Source: Dudresnaya verticillata
Lineage: Eukaryota
Assembly (NCBI GenBank): GCA_977862235.1
Contig: OZ374557.1
Span: 1,674,001 to 1,738,000, forward strand
Length of the DNA stretch: 64,000 nt
Reading direction: 5' to 3'
The position numbers were made by a program, and so were the translations under genes. Positions 1 to 11,169 of the stretch are shown one piece after another. The notes under the pieces were generated by a model. It made no database searches and was not told the DNA's origin. It was given only the letters and a program-made list of their open reading frames with translations. The first letter of the stretch is position 1; every line of letters starts with the position of its first letter.

Positions 1-1675
1 TTAAGGCCGTCGATCCAGCTGTAGCCGACGCCTGCAATACGCATTGTTTTTGAAGGAAGAAGAAGAAGAAGAACGCAGTGATAAGTGGGAGGAGAAAAGG
101 CGGGACGGTTAGTTGAGTTGGAATCGTGCCTTTCTGTGTGTGTGCGCGGCTGCATGGACGAGTCGTTGCTGCGAATCGTGCCCTGCATCTGGCGGACGAT
201 GGTGACGCAGAGGACGAGGAAGAAGAAAGAAAAACAGTGGAGGAGGAGCAAAACAATGGAAACAAAGACTGCGACATACCATCTGAAAACTGTTCCTTGG
301 GTCGCATGAGGATCTCTTCGGGCAGAAACTCGGTGCCACTAAACTCTTTTGAAAAGGCGTGTCGAATGGGCCACTTCTCGATGCGCTTTCCCTTGCTGGT
401 CATCTTATCCTTGACGGAGAAGGACATCGCGACGTCCAAAAAGTCTCTATCGAGGAAGGGGACCCTGAGCTCGAGGCTTTGCGCGGCCGTGGAGCGGTCA
501 CCGCGGAGGACATCCGCGGTGTAGAGGAGCTTGACACGGCGGACCGTCTCATTGTAAAAGTCGAGCTCCGAGTCGGCGTTGTGGAAGTAGAGATAGCCGC
601 CGAAGATCTCGTCCGCGCCCTCGCCGCTCAGGACGACCTTGACGTACTGTTTGCACAGGCGGGACAGCAGGTACATCGGGGTGGAGGCACGGATGGTGGT
701 GATGTCGTAGGTCTCGAGGTGGTAGATGACATCCTCCAGGGCGTTGATACCGTCCTCGACGGTGAAGGTGAGGACGTGGTGCTCCGTGCCGAGGTAGTCG
801 GCGACCTTTTGCGCGGCGGCGACGTCGGGCGACCCGGCCAGGCCGCACGAGAAGCTGTGGAAGACATAGTCGGTCGGGAGATGCTTCTTCGCGATGCTGG
901 CGACCAGGGACGAGTCGAGGCCGCCCGAGATGAAGACGCCCACGGGGACGTCCGACATGAGGCGGCGGGTGCACGCGGTGACAAACGAGTCGTGCAGGCG
1001 GCGCAGGTCGACGCGGTGGGTCGGGAGCCATCCGGGCTCGTAGTAGCGCGGGGTGTAGTACTGCTGAAACGTCGACAGGCCCTCCGCGCCGCGCGCGGCG
1101 GCGTAGTACGAGCCGGGCAGGAACGGCTCGACCGAGTGGCACGAGTCCAGCAGTGCCTTTGCCTCGGACGCAAACCACACGGCGCCGTCACTCGACCGGC
1201 CGATGAACATGGCGCGCACGCCGATGGGGTCGCGCGCGGCGACGAACTGGCCGCGCGCGGCGTCGACCACGACCGTGGCAAACACGCCCTTGAGCAGGTT
1301 GAGCAGGTGCGACACGGCGTAGTGGCGCAGCGACGACGCGTGCTTGGCGTACAGCGGGGCGATGACCTCGCAGTCCGAGTGCGACGGCAGCGCGACCGAG
1401 GATAGCTCGTCCGCGCGCAGCGCCTCGTGGTTGTAGATCTCGCCGTTGGTGACGGCGTGCACCGAGCCCGACGACGTGTGCATCGGCTGCGTGCCGTGCG
1501 CCGGGTCGCAGATGGCGAGGCGCGTGAAGCCCAGCGCGCACCAGCCGTCGTCGGTGATGAAGGTGCGCACGTCGTCCGGGCCGCGGTGGTACAGCTTGGC
1601 CGTGGCCTTCTTCGTGACCTGCTCTAGGTCGGCGCGCGAGAGCGTGGAGCCGAGGACGGCGAAGATTCCGCACAT
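1..1675 (-). CDS. ASN: Asparagine synthetase (glutamine-hydrolysing); 3' end runs off the window; intron 279..32
   Basis: ATG at 1675 gives MCGIFAVLG (N-terminal Cys of an Ntn amidotransferase), then HRGPD, NGEIYN, SGGLDSSL and EGADEIFGGY. Splicing GTATGT (279) to CAG (32), with a CTAAC branch point near 110, restores the conserved EQFSDG|VGYSWIDGL. Absent from the ORF track because no in-frame stop lies in the window. Confidence 0.95.
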   Translation of the reverse strand, partial: MCGIFAVLGSTLSRADLEQVTKKATAKLYHRGPDDVRTFITDDGWCALGFTRLAICDPAHGTQPMHTSSGSVHAVTNGEIYNHEALRADELSSVALPSHSDCEVIAPLYAKHASSLRHYAVSHLLNLLKGVFATVVVDAARGQFVAARDPIGVRAMFIGRSSDGAVWFASEAKALLDSCHSVEPFLPGSYYAAARGAEGLSTFQQYYTPRYYEPGWLPTHRVDLRRLHDSFVTACTRRLMSDVPVGVFISGGLDSSLVASIAKKHLPTDYVFHSFSCGLAGSPDVAAAQKVADYLGTEHHVLTFTVEDGINALEDVIYHLETYDITTIRASTPMYLLSRLCKQYVKVVLSGEGADEIFGGYLYFHNADSELDFYNETVRRVKLLYTADVLRGDRSTAAQSLELRVPFLDRDFLDVAMSFSVKDKMTSKGKRIEKWPIRHAFSKEFSGTEFLPEEILMRPKEQFSDGMSQSLFPLFCSSSTVFLSSSSSSASPSSARCRARFAATTRPCSRAHTQKGTIPTQLTVPPFLLPLITAFFFFFFLQKQCVLQASATAGSTAL

Positions 1676-1703
1676 GGTGGGGGTGTTGGTGGTTGAGTGT
1701 GTT

Positions 1704-1704
<1 letters not shown>

Positions 1705-1734
<30 letters not shown>
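1705..1734. repeat. (GT)n microsatellite in the 5' region of ASN
   Basis: About 15 contiguous GT units, followed by degenerate GT/GGTT repeats. Confidence 0.95.
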
Positions 1735-1736
<2 letters not shown>

Positions 1737-3743
1737 TTGGTGTGTGGTTGGTGTGTGGTTGGTGTGTGGTTGAGTGTGCGGTTGGGGTGCGGTCGGGGTG
1801 CGGTCGGATGTGGACGGGACGGCGGTTATATGCGCCGGTCGGGGGGCGGGGGGCGGGACGGGACTGGGACGGCGGTAGCGGCGCGACGGCGGTGGGAAGC
1901 GGCGGCGGTGCGGCGGTGGGATGGGACGAAGCGGCGCTGCTCTCTGCTCTCTCAGGCGCGTGCGCCGTGCCACGTGCGGCGCGCGGTGTGTGGCGCGCAG
2001 CGCGCAACGGAGATGGCCGCCACAACGGCCGCGCGGCGCGGACTATCCTCACGTCAAGCGCGCGGCAGACGCGCAAAAAGGATTTCCGCGCGGCGCGCGG
2101 TGGGAGATCGGATCAATCGCGCGACGCACTGCGCCGACCGGCGCCGAACCGCAACGCCAACGGTCTAATCGCCCGCTTTGTGCTCGCGCGACTCGCGCGC
2201 GGCCGACGCTCCCGTTGCCTGTCCGCGACCTCCGCTCGCGCTCAACCGCGCCGCACTCTCTCTCTCACTCTCCACTCGCCCCGTCCCAAAGCAATCATTC
2301 GCCCGCGCAAACCCGCACAAAACAAATAACTTCCCGCGCCGCGCCCGCCCGCCCGCCCGCCCGCCGCGTTCATCCGCCCCTTCCCCGTCCGCGCCGCCCG
2401 CCCGCGCTGCCCGCGCATATGCGCCGGGCACTGCCGGGTGTCATCCGCGACGCCCCCGCCCGCGCAGGTGCTCGCCGCGCCCGCGCCCGCGCCCGTGCGC
2501 GCGCGCGACCATCGCGGCTTGCACTGGCGGCCGCGCCGCCGTCGCGCGCGACAAACTTTTTGCCGCGCCGCGGAGTTCGTTTACGGCGAGCCAGGCGCGC
2601 GCGCCTGCGCCAATGCTCGCCGTCTCGAACGCCTGCGTGCACCGCGCTGCTGCGGCTGCCCGCAGCGCGCGCTCATTGGCAACGCCCCGCCGCGCGCACG
2701 CTGCCATTGGCGTCAGCGCCGGTCGCGGGTCGCGGCGTTGCACCTGAGCGATGGCCGCTGAGATCACTCGCGCGCGCGCGCGCGGTGTGTTACAACAAAC
2801 AAACAAACCACGAGTCGTCGCCGCGAGCGTCCATCCCTCCCCCCAACGCCACCTCGCGTCTCGCGCGCAACGGCGGGTAGGAAAGCAAAAAAACTTGTTG
2901 CGTGCAAACCAACTCGCAGACGCGCACACATCGCATCGCACCGCTCCTCCGCGCGCGTCTCGCATCGCACAAACGCCATCTCGCCGCCGCTGCGCGCGCA
3001 GCGCACCGCGCGTGCACACGTGGGAAGACTGCGGGATGCGCGCAGGCGCCTCCGGCGCGGGCAGGCGCTGCGCCGCCGCGGGTTGCCCCGGTCGCGCCGC
3101 GCTTTTCTCTTTTCCTAGCGCATCGCCGCATTTGCACGCGCCGGCGCTGTGCGGCGTGCCGCGCGCTCCGAAGCCCCGGCGGCGACGCATGCCGGCCTGA
3201 TGCGCTGCGCATTCGCGCTTGCTCGCGCGTCGTGCCGCGCCGCGCCGTTCCGTCGCGTTCGCTCTGCGCCGGTGCGTGCGTGGGGTTTGGTTTGCTTGCC
3301 GCTCGCTCTTGCGCTGCTGCTGCGAGTAGATGGGCAAGTCGTCGGAAACTGCAGTGCGGGCGACTCCATGTGCGGGGTTTGTCGTGTACTTGTGTAGCAC
3401 GAAGATGTTGGTGCCAAGGCAATGGCTTGCGGCGGTTGTAGACGGCCTCTGGAGGCACACGCAACGTGCCACGGCAGAGGGAGAGAGAGAATGCCGCTGT
3501 ATTCTCGGCAACCGTGATAGCCCATTTTGCCACTTTGAGCACATCAGAATTGGTGCTTGTTTTGGCCCAGTCCGCGCCTTGTCGACGACGGACCGGAGTG
3601 CGCTTCAGGTGACCAGCAACTACAGGTGTACTGCACCAAGTGTGTAGTGGTTTGCCACTCTCAACCACCACGGAGCAAGCCTTCCCTGCCCCCATTAGCC
3701 TCGGCGCACCGAACAACATCGCGTCGCCACACCGACGAGCCCC

Positions 3744-6700
3744 ATGTCCGCGCCAAACGACGACGTCCGAGCGAGCCTGGAGGAGCGCCTCGGCCCGCAT
3801 GTCATCGCAAAGCTGAAGAGCATGGCCTGGCAGCACGGTAAGCCTGCACTCCGCTGGCGTCCATCCCCGCTCTCCTGCCAGAACGCATCCCTCTCTCCCT
3901 CTCATCATCCAACTGACGCATTGCAACACCCCGTGCAAAATCCTCAGCGACCTTCGACCGCGGCCAGTTCGGCTTCTACACAGACCCGGCGCGCAACGCA
4001 ACTCCGGTTCGGACCGGTCGCGTACCCCGCGCGAGCCGCAGAAAGGTAGTCGCCGGCGTCGACAAGGACGGCAACATCGTCACTGCCTGGGCCCACATCC
4101 CCAAAGGTGGCACGTACAGCGCACGCACTAAAGACAACAGCAAGTTCACCGTCCCAGAGCCTTACTGGAAGGCTATGGCCCCAAGGCATGACACCAGTTC
4201 AGCCAGCGCCGCCGAAGGACGCGCGCACGGCCCTACCAGCGTGGGACGCCCCGGTGACGGGCTCAGCGACGGCACGGCTGGATCGCGCTTAGATGGGGCG
4301 GCGCCGAGCAATACCCAGGGTGTGGGAGATCGTCAGTCTCTGCTTGAAAGCGAACATCGAGCCGGAAATTCGCTGGGCGCGAGCCCGGCTTTGAGAAAGT
4401 ATTCTGGAGACTCGGATGAGAGCAGTAGTGAGCAGCAGAGTGTCGACTATAATTCGGATTCTTCATCCGAGCCCCACGATGAGGTCGCCCTTCCCTCTAC
4501 GGATATCTACTCAAAGGAAACCTTAGAACAACCAATGCCTGACGCAATCCCAGACAAGCCTTCCTCTACTGTCAACCTTTCTATGCTCAATGCTGCCCTT
4601 CGGCAAGGTACCTCCAAGTTGCAAAGCGTCCGCCTCATGGTCCTCGGAGCCTCCAGACGAGGAAAGACGTCGACAGTGGCTAGCTTGCAGAGGAAGCCTT
4701 TCGTGGAAGGCCGAGAGTCTACAGAGACGGTCGAGCTCGATATTTGCTTCCTGGTTCCGGGCCTTGATAAAGTCGGCGTTCATCAAGAGGAGGTACTGCG
4801 AGTACGGGACACCTTTCGGAAGCAGTTTCAGCAGTTTTCCAAACAAGATTCCGACGCAACTGAGAGCCATCCTAGTGAAGCACTTCTTCGTAGGTCTACT
4901 AATGGAGAGGAAGTTGTAGAGGAAGATGCCGCGGGTATAGATGCGATAGAGGCTGTGCAATGGCCTGAAATAGATGGGCAACACGATGAGCTTTCTCGAG
5001 ATTTTGACGCAGAAGATCTGGTTTCTGCAGCTGATGAACCCGAGGAGGAGGTATCAGATGGCTCAATAACGCTCCGCGTTTGGGATTTCGGGGGCCAACA
5101 TGAGTACTTTGCCGCCCAAGAGTTGTTCATATCATCAAGATCGATCATCATGCTCGTGTTTGACCTCGAGCGGTTTGAAAGCTCGGAAACGAGGGATCAT
5201 GAGGTGAAGATGCTCGTTCGTTGGTTGCAGACGATAACGGCTCTGACCCCGGAAGAAGAGGTGGGTCGCACGTCATTACTTATCGTTGGAACTCGTCGTG
5301 ATGGCTGTGAGCATCGTGACAAAGTATCAAAATACTGCGAACAGTTGCGTAGAATGTTGTTGAGCGCGGTTGATGAAAACGCGTGTCGACTGTGGAATCT
5401 AAGGCAGCTGGCTGTTTTGGCAATTGAAAACAAGAATGCAATAGTTCGAGTGGAAGAATCTGGACTCGGCCGCCTTGAGGAGGTGCTAATGTCGCTCACG
5501 CTGCAAGTGATAGAGAGGAGTCCAGAAATCCCACTGCGGTGGCTTGCATTCTTGGAAAGTGCGAGGAAGAACCCAAATGTGAAAAACCGTATGTTTGTTA
5601 GACAGGCGCAGCTGGAAGATGAAATGAACGGTTTCAAGTTTCCGTTGGATGGAAATCGACGAGGTGAGGAGCTGAAAGAACTGCTGACTTATTTTCGAGA
5701 GCTGGGTGAAGTGCTGCTATTTCGCTCAGGTTCGGAAAACCTTCCGGGAAGTACGGCTGTATTCCTCTACCCACAGAAGATTGTCGATGCGTTAAAGGTC
5801 ATAATTGCGCCTGTGTACGTCCGTTGCGGAGGGCCTTTGTCTGGGAGAGAGATCTCTCTTATGAAGGCTGGATTGTTAAACGAGAGTATTCTTAAGAAGA
5901 AATGGGAATCGTACGCTGGTCTTGAGTTGAAGGAGGAGCGTAAGGTTGTGGCAGATCTTCTCACCAGCGTTGATATTCTTGTCAGGCTCAGGGAAACCGA
6001 CGAACGCCACGATGGGGCATCCTTTGAAGAGCCCATCTGTCAGAGTGCAACATTGGCTGTGCCATCCTTGCTCCCTTTCGGCTGGAAGGGCTGGAAGTGG
6101 CTAGAAGGGAGTGCAGATAGACGTGAAGTTTCAGCAGTCACAGTGTTCAAAACGTTTGTTCCTTTGGGATTGATAGGCACGCTGGCAGCTCGACTGAGTC
6201 GAAGAGTAGGACAGAAACCAGCGGATGTTCGGTTTGTTCGGTCCAATGCGGTACTTTTGACGCTAGACCAGCAGGTATCCGGTCACTCGGCGACGCAAGT
6301 GTTTGCTGGATTCAGATTTGAAGACCGTGAACTGCACTGGGTGGTGCGGGCCGAAGATTACGACTTCGAATTATTGGAGAGGTGCTTAAAAGAGTTTGAA
6401 GGTTTGCTAGAGGAACGCCTCAGGGTCAAACGAGGTTCCAGAGAAGAGCATGGGCATTTTTTTATCGGGCGCTGTCCCACGGGCTGCAGTGATCTCGATT
6501 TCCGACTGACGTTTCCCATGCCCAACGACTTCGTCTCAAATGTCAGAGCAAGAAGAAGTTGGCGGAGCTCTAATCCCGTGTCACTATCTGAAGTTTCAAA
6601 GGCTTGCGGCGAGAGTTTGTGTGAGAACGACAACTGCAGCCGCGTGTGGTCCTTGGAAACAGCATTGCAGAAATGTGAATCGTCTCAGGTTCCTGGTTCT

Positions 6701-7414
6701 AATCCCGGGAACAAACCCAAGAAATACGTTGTATTTGTTAGCCACGCTGGGGAGGACAAGGACTGGGCAGTGTATCTGACGAGGGCTCTCGAGTCGCGAG
6801 GATTGCGCACTTTCGTGGACCGACTAGAGCTGCAGGGCGACCGGAAGACAGCGGACGATCGAATGCTTGAGGCCATGCAACAGGCAGTCGTGGCAGTATT
6901 CATACTCTCGCCAGAGTTTTATGCGAAGAAGTGGACTCTTTTTGAGCTCACAACGTTAATTGACCGAAAAGCAAGTGCCAGCGATGGAGGTGAGAATCTC
7001 ATTCTCTTCCCGATCTTTTTTCGTCTGCCGCATAGCCAGGCGAGTAGAAACGACTTGCATGAGTGCCCGAAAATGAGTCCAGTTCTTGCACGGAAGGGCT
7101 TCTACAACATTCGACGTCAGCAAGAGCTTCCGACTACCAAGATCGTTAAGGCCTTCGGTGAGCTTTGCCGGTTCAGCGGCCTTGAGACCGGGGACAAAGA
7201 CATGCACTCGAAGGCATGGTGGTCAAACCCTGTACTGTACAATGCCCGCCTCTTGCTTTCACGGCTGCAAAGATCTTCTGGTTTGTTTGGCACTGAGACG
7301 CAGCTTACTGGCATGTCGGAGGCGCAATTTTTTGATTGTGCAGCAGAACGTATATGGGTTACCTACAAAAGGCCCTGTAGTGGAACGCAGGATGCTCAAG
7401 GCCCTTGTGGGTGA
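3744..7414 (+). CDS. ROCO-family protein: unknown N-terminal domain, acidic linker, Roc GTPase, COR, Cys motif, TIR; predicted intron 3838..3947
   Basis: P-loop GASRRGKTS, G3 VWDFGGQ, G4 IVGTRRD, COR-like region (IP..W; L.YF.ELGEV.LF; P.G..G.L..R). C-terminal TIR has VFVSHAGEDK, FVD, SPEFY.KKWTLFEL. Upstream exon ATG 3744 with GTAAGC donor (3838), CTGAC branch point (~3913) and CAG acceptor (3947) joins in frame to the 4175 ORF. Confidence 0.85.
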
Positions 7415-8587
7415 ACAGCAAAGAGAATCACACAAAACAGCATACGACATAATGTGGAGGAGCTTCAAACTGCACACAACGATGATGTAGGCTCAATGCT
7501 GCACCGAAGTGAAGAAGCCGTCTTGCCTTGCGTACGAAGGGGAGCGGCAGACACGATGCAAGAATCACGGCTCCAGACGGCAGAACTGTCTCGCCTCGGT
7601 GCTCGTGTTGTTGTAGCAACCTCACTGATAACACCGGCGCGCTAAGGTGTACAGGCAACCCTTCACGCTGTTCGAGGGTCTTCGGCGTACCGACAGGTCG
7701 ACGCGCAATGGCTGCGCAGCGTCATCATTCAAATGCTCGGAGCGGCCAACAATCACTTCGAGATTCGATCTGAATAAGTCGCCACCAACCTTGCTCGCCC
7801 TCCGCAAGCACTTCACAAAACTCCAATGGAGCAACCTTTTCCAAAGCGCTATTACATTATTTGGTCTGGTGCGACGGTCCGCACAAGCTTCATCTCGCCG
7901 CCGTCCCCCGGCGCGAAAGCCTCGAAGGATGCGCCCACGCGTGTGTTACGTCTGTCACTGCCGTCTTCGCTGGAGCCGCCATCATGGCAGACTTCGTCTT
8001 TTATCGGTTGCGGCTGGATGGGGCGGGGTTTCGGCATCGTCAAAGTCGGACTCGTATTTTTTTTTTTGCAGCTTACCAGCGCATTTGCGCAGGATTCGTG
8101 TGTCTTCCTCACCTGCGCCTGCTCACCCGCATTCTGTGCCGGTCTTCGCATCTTCGCAAAACAAAGTGCTGCAGCCCAGCACGGGTAGCAGCACTGAACG
8201 TGTCTAGCCCAAGCGCCTTCTTGTGGAGCCCAGTCGCTCTCGTGATGCGCATGTGCCCAGTGCTTGTGCCCCGCCGGCACTTGCTTCACTGCCGGAAGCC
8301 CTGAACGCATCGCAACTGAGGCGCAGGTCGCCCATTGCCTTTGAACTAGCAAATACTTGACGAACGAACTTTGTGCTGCTCCGTCCTAGTGCGCGCCTCT
8401 CCATCTTTTCTTCGAGTTTCAGCGCACCACTCGCATCGCCAACCGCCTCCTCCCGCTCGTCAGCGTCCCAGACTGAGTGGCACGCATTCGCAAGTCTACT
8501 TCAGCGTGCACTCTCGCGCTCTCTTTACCCAAAAAAATACGATACAAAAACCATCCCGATAAAACATCCCGCAACCTAAGGGTCGCT

Positions 8588-10564
8588 TTAAACCGCCTCT
8601 GCGCCGGTACGTTTGAGCTTCCTTGCAACAAGCGCCTTCTTCCTTGCGCGCATGACCATTGGCGAAACGATGAGAGTATAAACCGAGACGTCAAGAAACA
8701 GGCTGGTCAGTCCAAAAAAGTCGGCAATGAATGCCGGCCACGACACGGTCAGCTGGTCGGACACGACACGCGTCATAAAACTTGCAAAGCTGACCTCGAG
8801 GAAGTACACAAAGTTGGCAGCCTTGACGTCGGCGGACCGAAGCCGCGTACGCAGCACCTGCGCGGAGAACGACTCGCGTCGCAGCACCACGTCGCGCCGC
8901 AGCCGCACCTGCGCCGCGTCTTGCGGTTCTAGCACTGCTATTGTCTCCGGGTCACCCAGCCGACTGTGGTTCGTCATAACTCGCAGCGCACTGTCAAAGT
9001 GCACCGCTAGCGCGTCAAGCTGCTCGCCTCCCACCTCTGCGTTCTGCTCCTTCGGCCCCATTGCGTTGTCAGTGACCCTGTTGTAGTATTCGCTATAGTT
9101 GCGTGGGTAGAAAGGTCCGGGTCCCACCCGCTCCCACCGGTTGTAGCTGCTTTTGAACCTGTACTTGATGGACGGTGATGTGGACGGATAGAAAAAGCCT
9201 GAGAAAAGGTAGACGTTGCAGAACATGTCGATAATGTCGAACACGGCAAAGTCCACCGTACCGTTCCGGTATCCGAGCCGGAATCGTGGCCATAACAAGT
9301 GATCATTCCTACCAGAGTCTGCTTCTAGATCGTCGAAGTCTAAAATGCCCCGTTCGGACAATTCCGAGTGGTAGCGCTTCAGCTCGTCTCGAACGAATAA
9401 GAAAACGATAGGGAGAAAGCTATTTTGACTTCTACGACATGACAGTAAGATTGAATGCTGCGCCAGTCGAAAGGAAAGCCGCCTTTTGCGATCCTCTATA
9501 TAATCTGTAAATACATCACTGCTGTCGTCGTTGCTTCGACTCTTATCATCAACGTCGTCCTCGTCATCTTTGGGCTCTGTGATTGTTATTGCGGGTGTCC
9601 TTGAGACAGTTAAACAATGAAAACATCTTGGTTTGTTTGTGTTTTCGTTGTAGAATACGTCGGGGTCCATTTCGCCTACATGCTCGCAGCGTTCTCCGCG
9701 ACGGTCTACGCTTAGATGACCAACCTGTTGGAGTTGGGTGGTTGCTGGATAAGTGAGGTTGAAGTTGAAACTAGAACCCCTCAAAAAGTCAATCCAAACC
9801 AGAGGTTGTCCCTTAAACTGAGCATTTGGAAAGTCCTCAAACATGGGTAGCTCAGTGTCCACCCTGCAAAACCAAAGGGAGGGTATCTCCATCACTTCCG
9901 ATTCCGTGTATCGTACGGTGCTCGCCATCTCCCTTCGACTTTCAATGAAGTCCTTTGTTACGAACACAAGCGAGATGATTAGGCCTACCAACGCGAGAAT
10001 CCAAGCTGACAAAGCCACGACTCGCTTTTCCCTTGTGCTTGCTACTGATTGCAGGTAGTGTGACAAACTCCAACGTGAGGGTTTGCCAGTTGTTCCAAAT
10101 ATTCCGGCTACTTCTAGTTCCCTCTCTCTTCGCTTCTTCTTCCTTTCCTTAATGCGCCGCATTCGTGACCGCAAGCCCTTCTTCATAATTTCAGGTTCTT
10201 CATTTGGATCGTTTCTGCTGCCTTCCCCATCATCGCGTTTCAAAGCATTGTTCACTTCAGCTGTAGTGAGGAGGTTGCCGGGGTCATCGTTGTCAAAACG
10301 AGCACGGACTTCTTCGACAGCTTCAAACTCATCATCATCTTCTGCTCCAGATGAGTCAGAATCCTCGACTCTCCTCGAACTTTCCAACTCCTCTACTGCC
10401 TCATCAAGCGCTTGTAGAACACCAGCCGAATCATTCAGCGGCAACTCTCCGAAAATCTTGCTCAGTTTTGATTGCTGCTCTGGCAGTTCCGCAGATGCTC
10501 CTCCATCCCGTGGTTTCTTTTGCTTTCGCATCATTCGCAGTGAGCGTAGCTCACAAATTGACAA
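8588..10564 (-). CDS. Two-TM membrane protein, DEG/ENaC(ASIC)-like channel paralog A (true start uncertain)
   Basis: TM1 VVALSAWILALVGLIISLVFV, post-TM1 MEIPSLWFC, large loop, TM2 SWPAFIADFFGLTSLFLDVSVYTLIV. Clearly paralogous to 11170..13023. The track start is TTG; an upstream exon is possible (TAG acceptor-like site at ~10619). Confidence 0.6.
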   Translation of the reverse strand: MSICELRSLRMMRKQKKPRDGGASAELPEQQSKLSKIFGELPLNDSAGVLQALDEAVEELESSRRVEDSDSSGAEDDDEFEAVEEVRARFDNDDPGNLLTTAEVNNALKRDDGEGSRNDPNEEPEIMKKGLRSRMRRIKERKKKRRERELEVAGIFGTTGKPSRWSLSHYLQSVASTREKRVVALSAWILALVGLIISLVFVTKDFIESRREMASTVRYTESEVMEIPSLWFCRVDTELPMFEDFPNAQFKGQPLVWIDFLRGSSFNFNLTYPATTQLQQVGHLSVDRRGERCEHVGEMDPDVFYNENTNKPRCFHCLTVSRTPAITITEPKDDEDDVDDKSRSNDDSSDVFTDYIEDRKRRLSFRLAQHSILLSCRRSQNSFLPIVFLFVRDELKRYHSELSERGILDFDDLEADSGRNDHLLWPRFRLGYRNGTVDFAVFDIIDMFCNVYLFSGFFYPSTSPSIKYRFKSSYNRWERVGPGPFYPRNYSEYYNRVTDNAMGPKEQNAEVGGEQLDALAVHFDSALRVMTNHSRLGDPETIAVLEPQDAAQVRLRRDVVLRRESFSAQVLRTRLRSADVKAANFVYFLEVSFASFMTRVVSDQLTVSWPAFIADFFGLTSLFLDVSVYTLIVSPMVMRARKKALVARKLKRTGAEAV

Positions 10565-11169
10565 GTCAAGCCTGGGGGATTGTGTGAAGCTGGTCGAAGA
10601 GCCGCGTACAGGTGCATGCTACAATAAGCGCTTCTGCTTCTAGATTTTGCATAACCGGATGCTTATTATTTTGCTCGCACTGGAATCTTGCCGCTCTCTC
10701 GGCAACTTGCTGCTGCGTCCAGTTAGGATAGCAGACCTGAGGCCATGTTTTCCCCATAGAAAAGACCGTTGAAATCGGCGACTTGTTGTCCATAGAGGAA
10801 AGAGGCCAAGCTAAAGGATTACCATTGTTCAGCAGTCATTGCTACCAAAAGAAGGTGCAGATGATGTTTGACGCGATTTATAAAAACAGTACGAGAGGAG
10901 ATGTGGAGCAGACGTCATTGTCGCGTGCTGGAAGATACGTCTCGCTTACGACATCGCTGTCCTTCTCAGCAACTCTCCAGCATCCCCTTTTTATCGTCTT
11001 TGAAAAGCCTTCGGTTTTAGAAAAACCGGATTGCGCTTACTGAGCAAGTCTATTTCTTTTGAGTAGTCAAGAGGTGTCTAACTTCTCAAAAGTAAAAAGT
11101 CCGTGCCGATGACTTACCAGCACATTTCTAGTTTCCTGTACTGTTTCTGCCTACAGCAGTTTCAAAATA

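Noticed and set aside
359..1405. 348-aa plus-strand ORF
   Set aside because: Antisense shadow of asparagine synthetase caused by GC3-rich codons.
1900..3700. Many long overlapping Arg/Ala/Pro-rich ORFs
   Set aside because: Stop-poor GC-rich intergenic sequence with no motifs.
7500..8500. Short ORFs between ROCO-TIR and channel paralog A
   Set aside because: No motifs or consistent coding signal.
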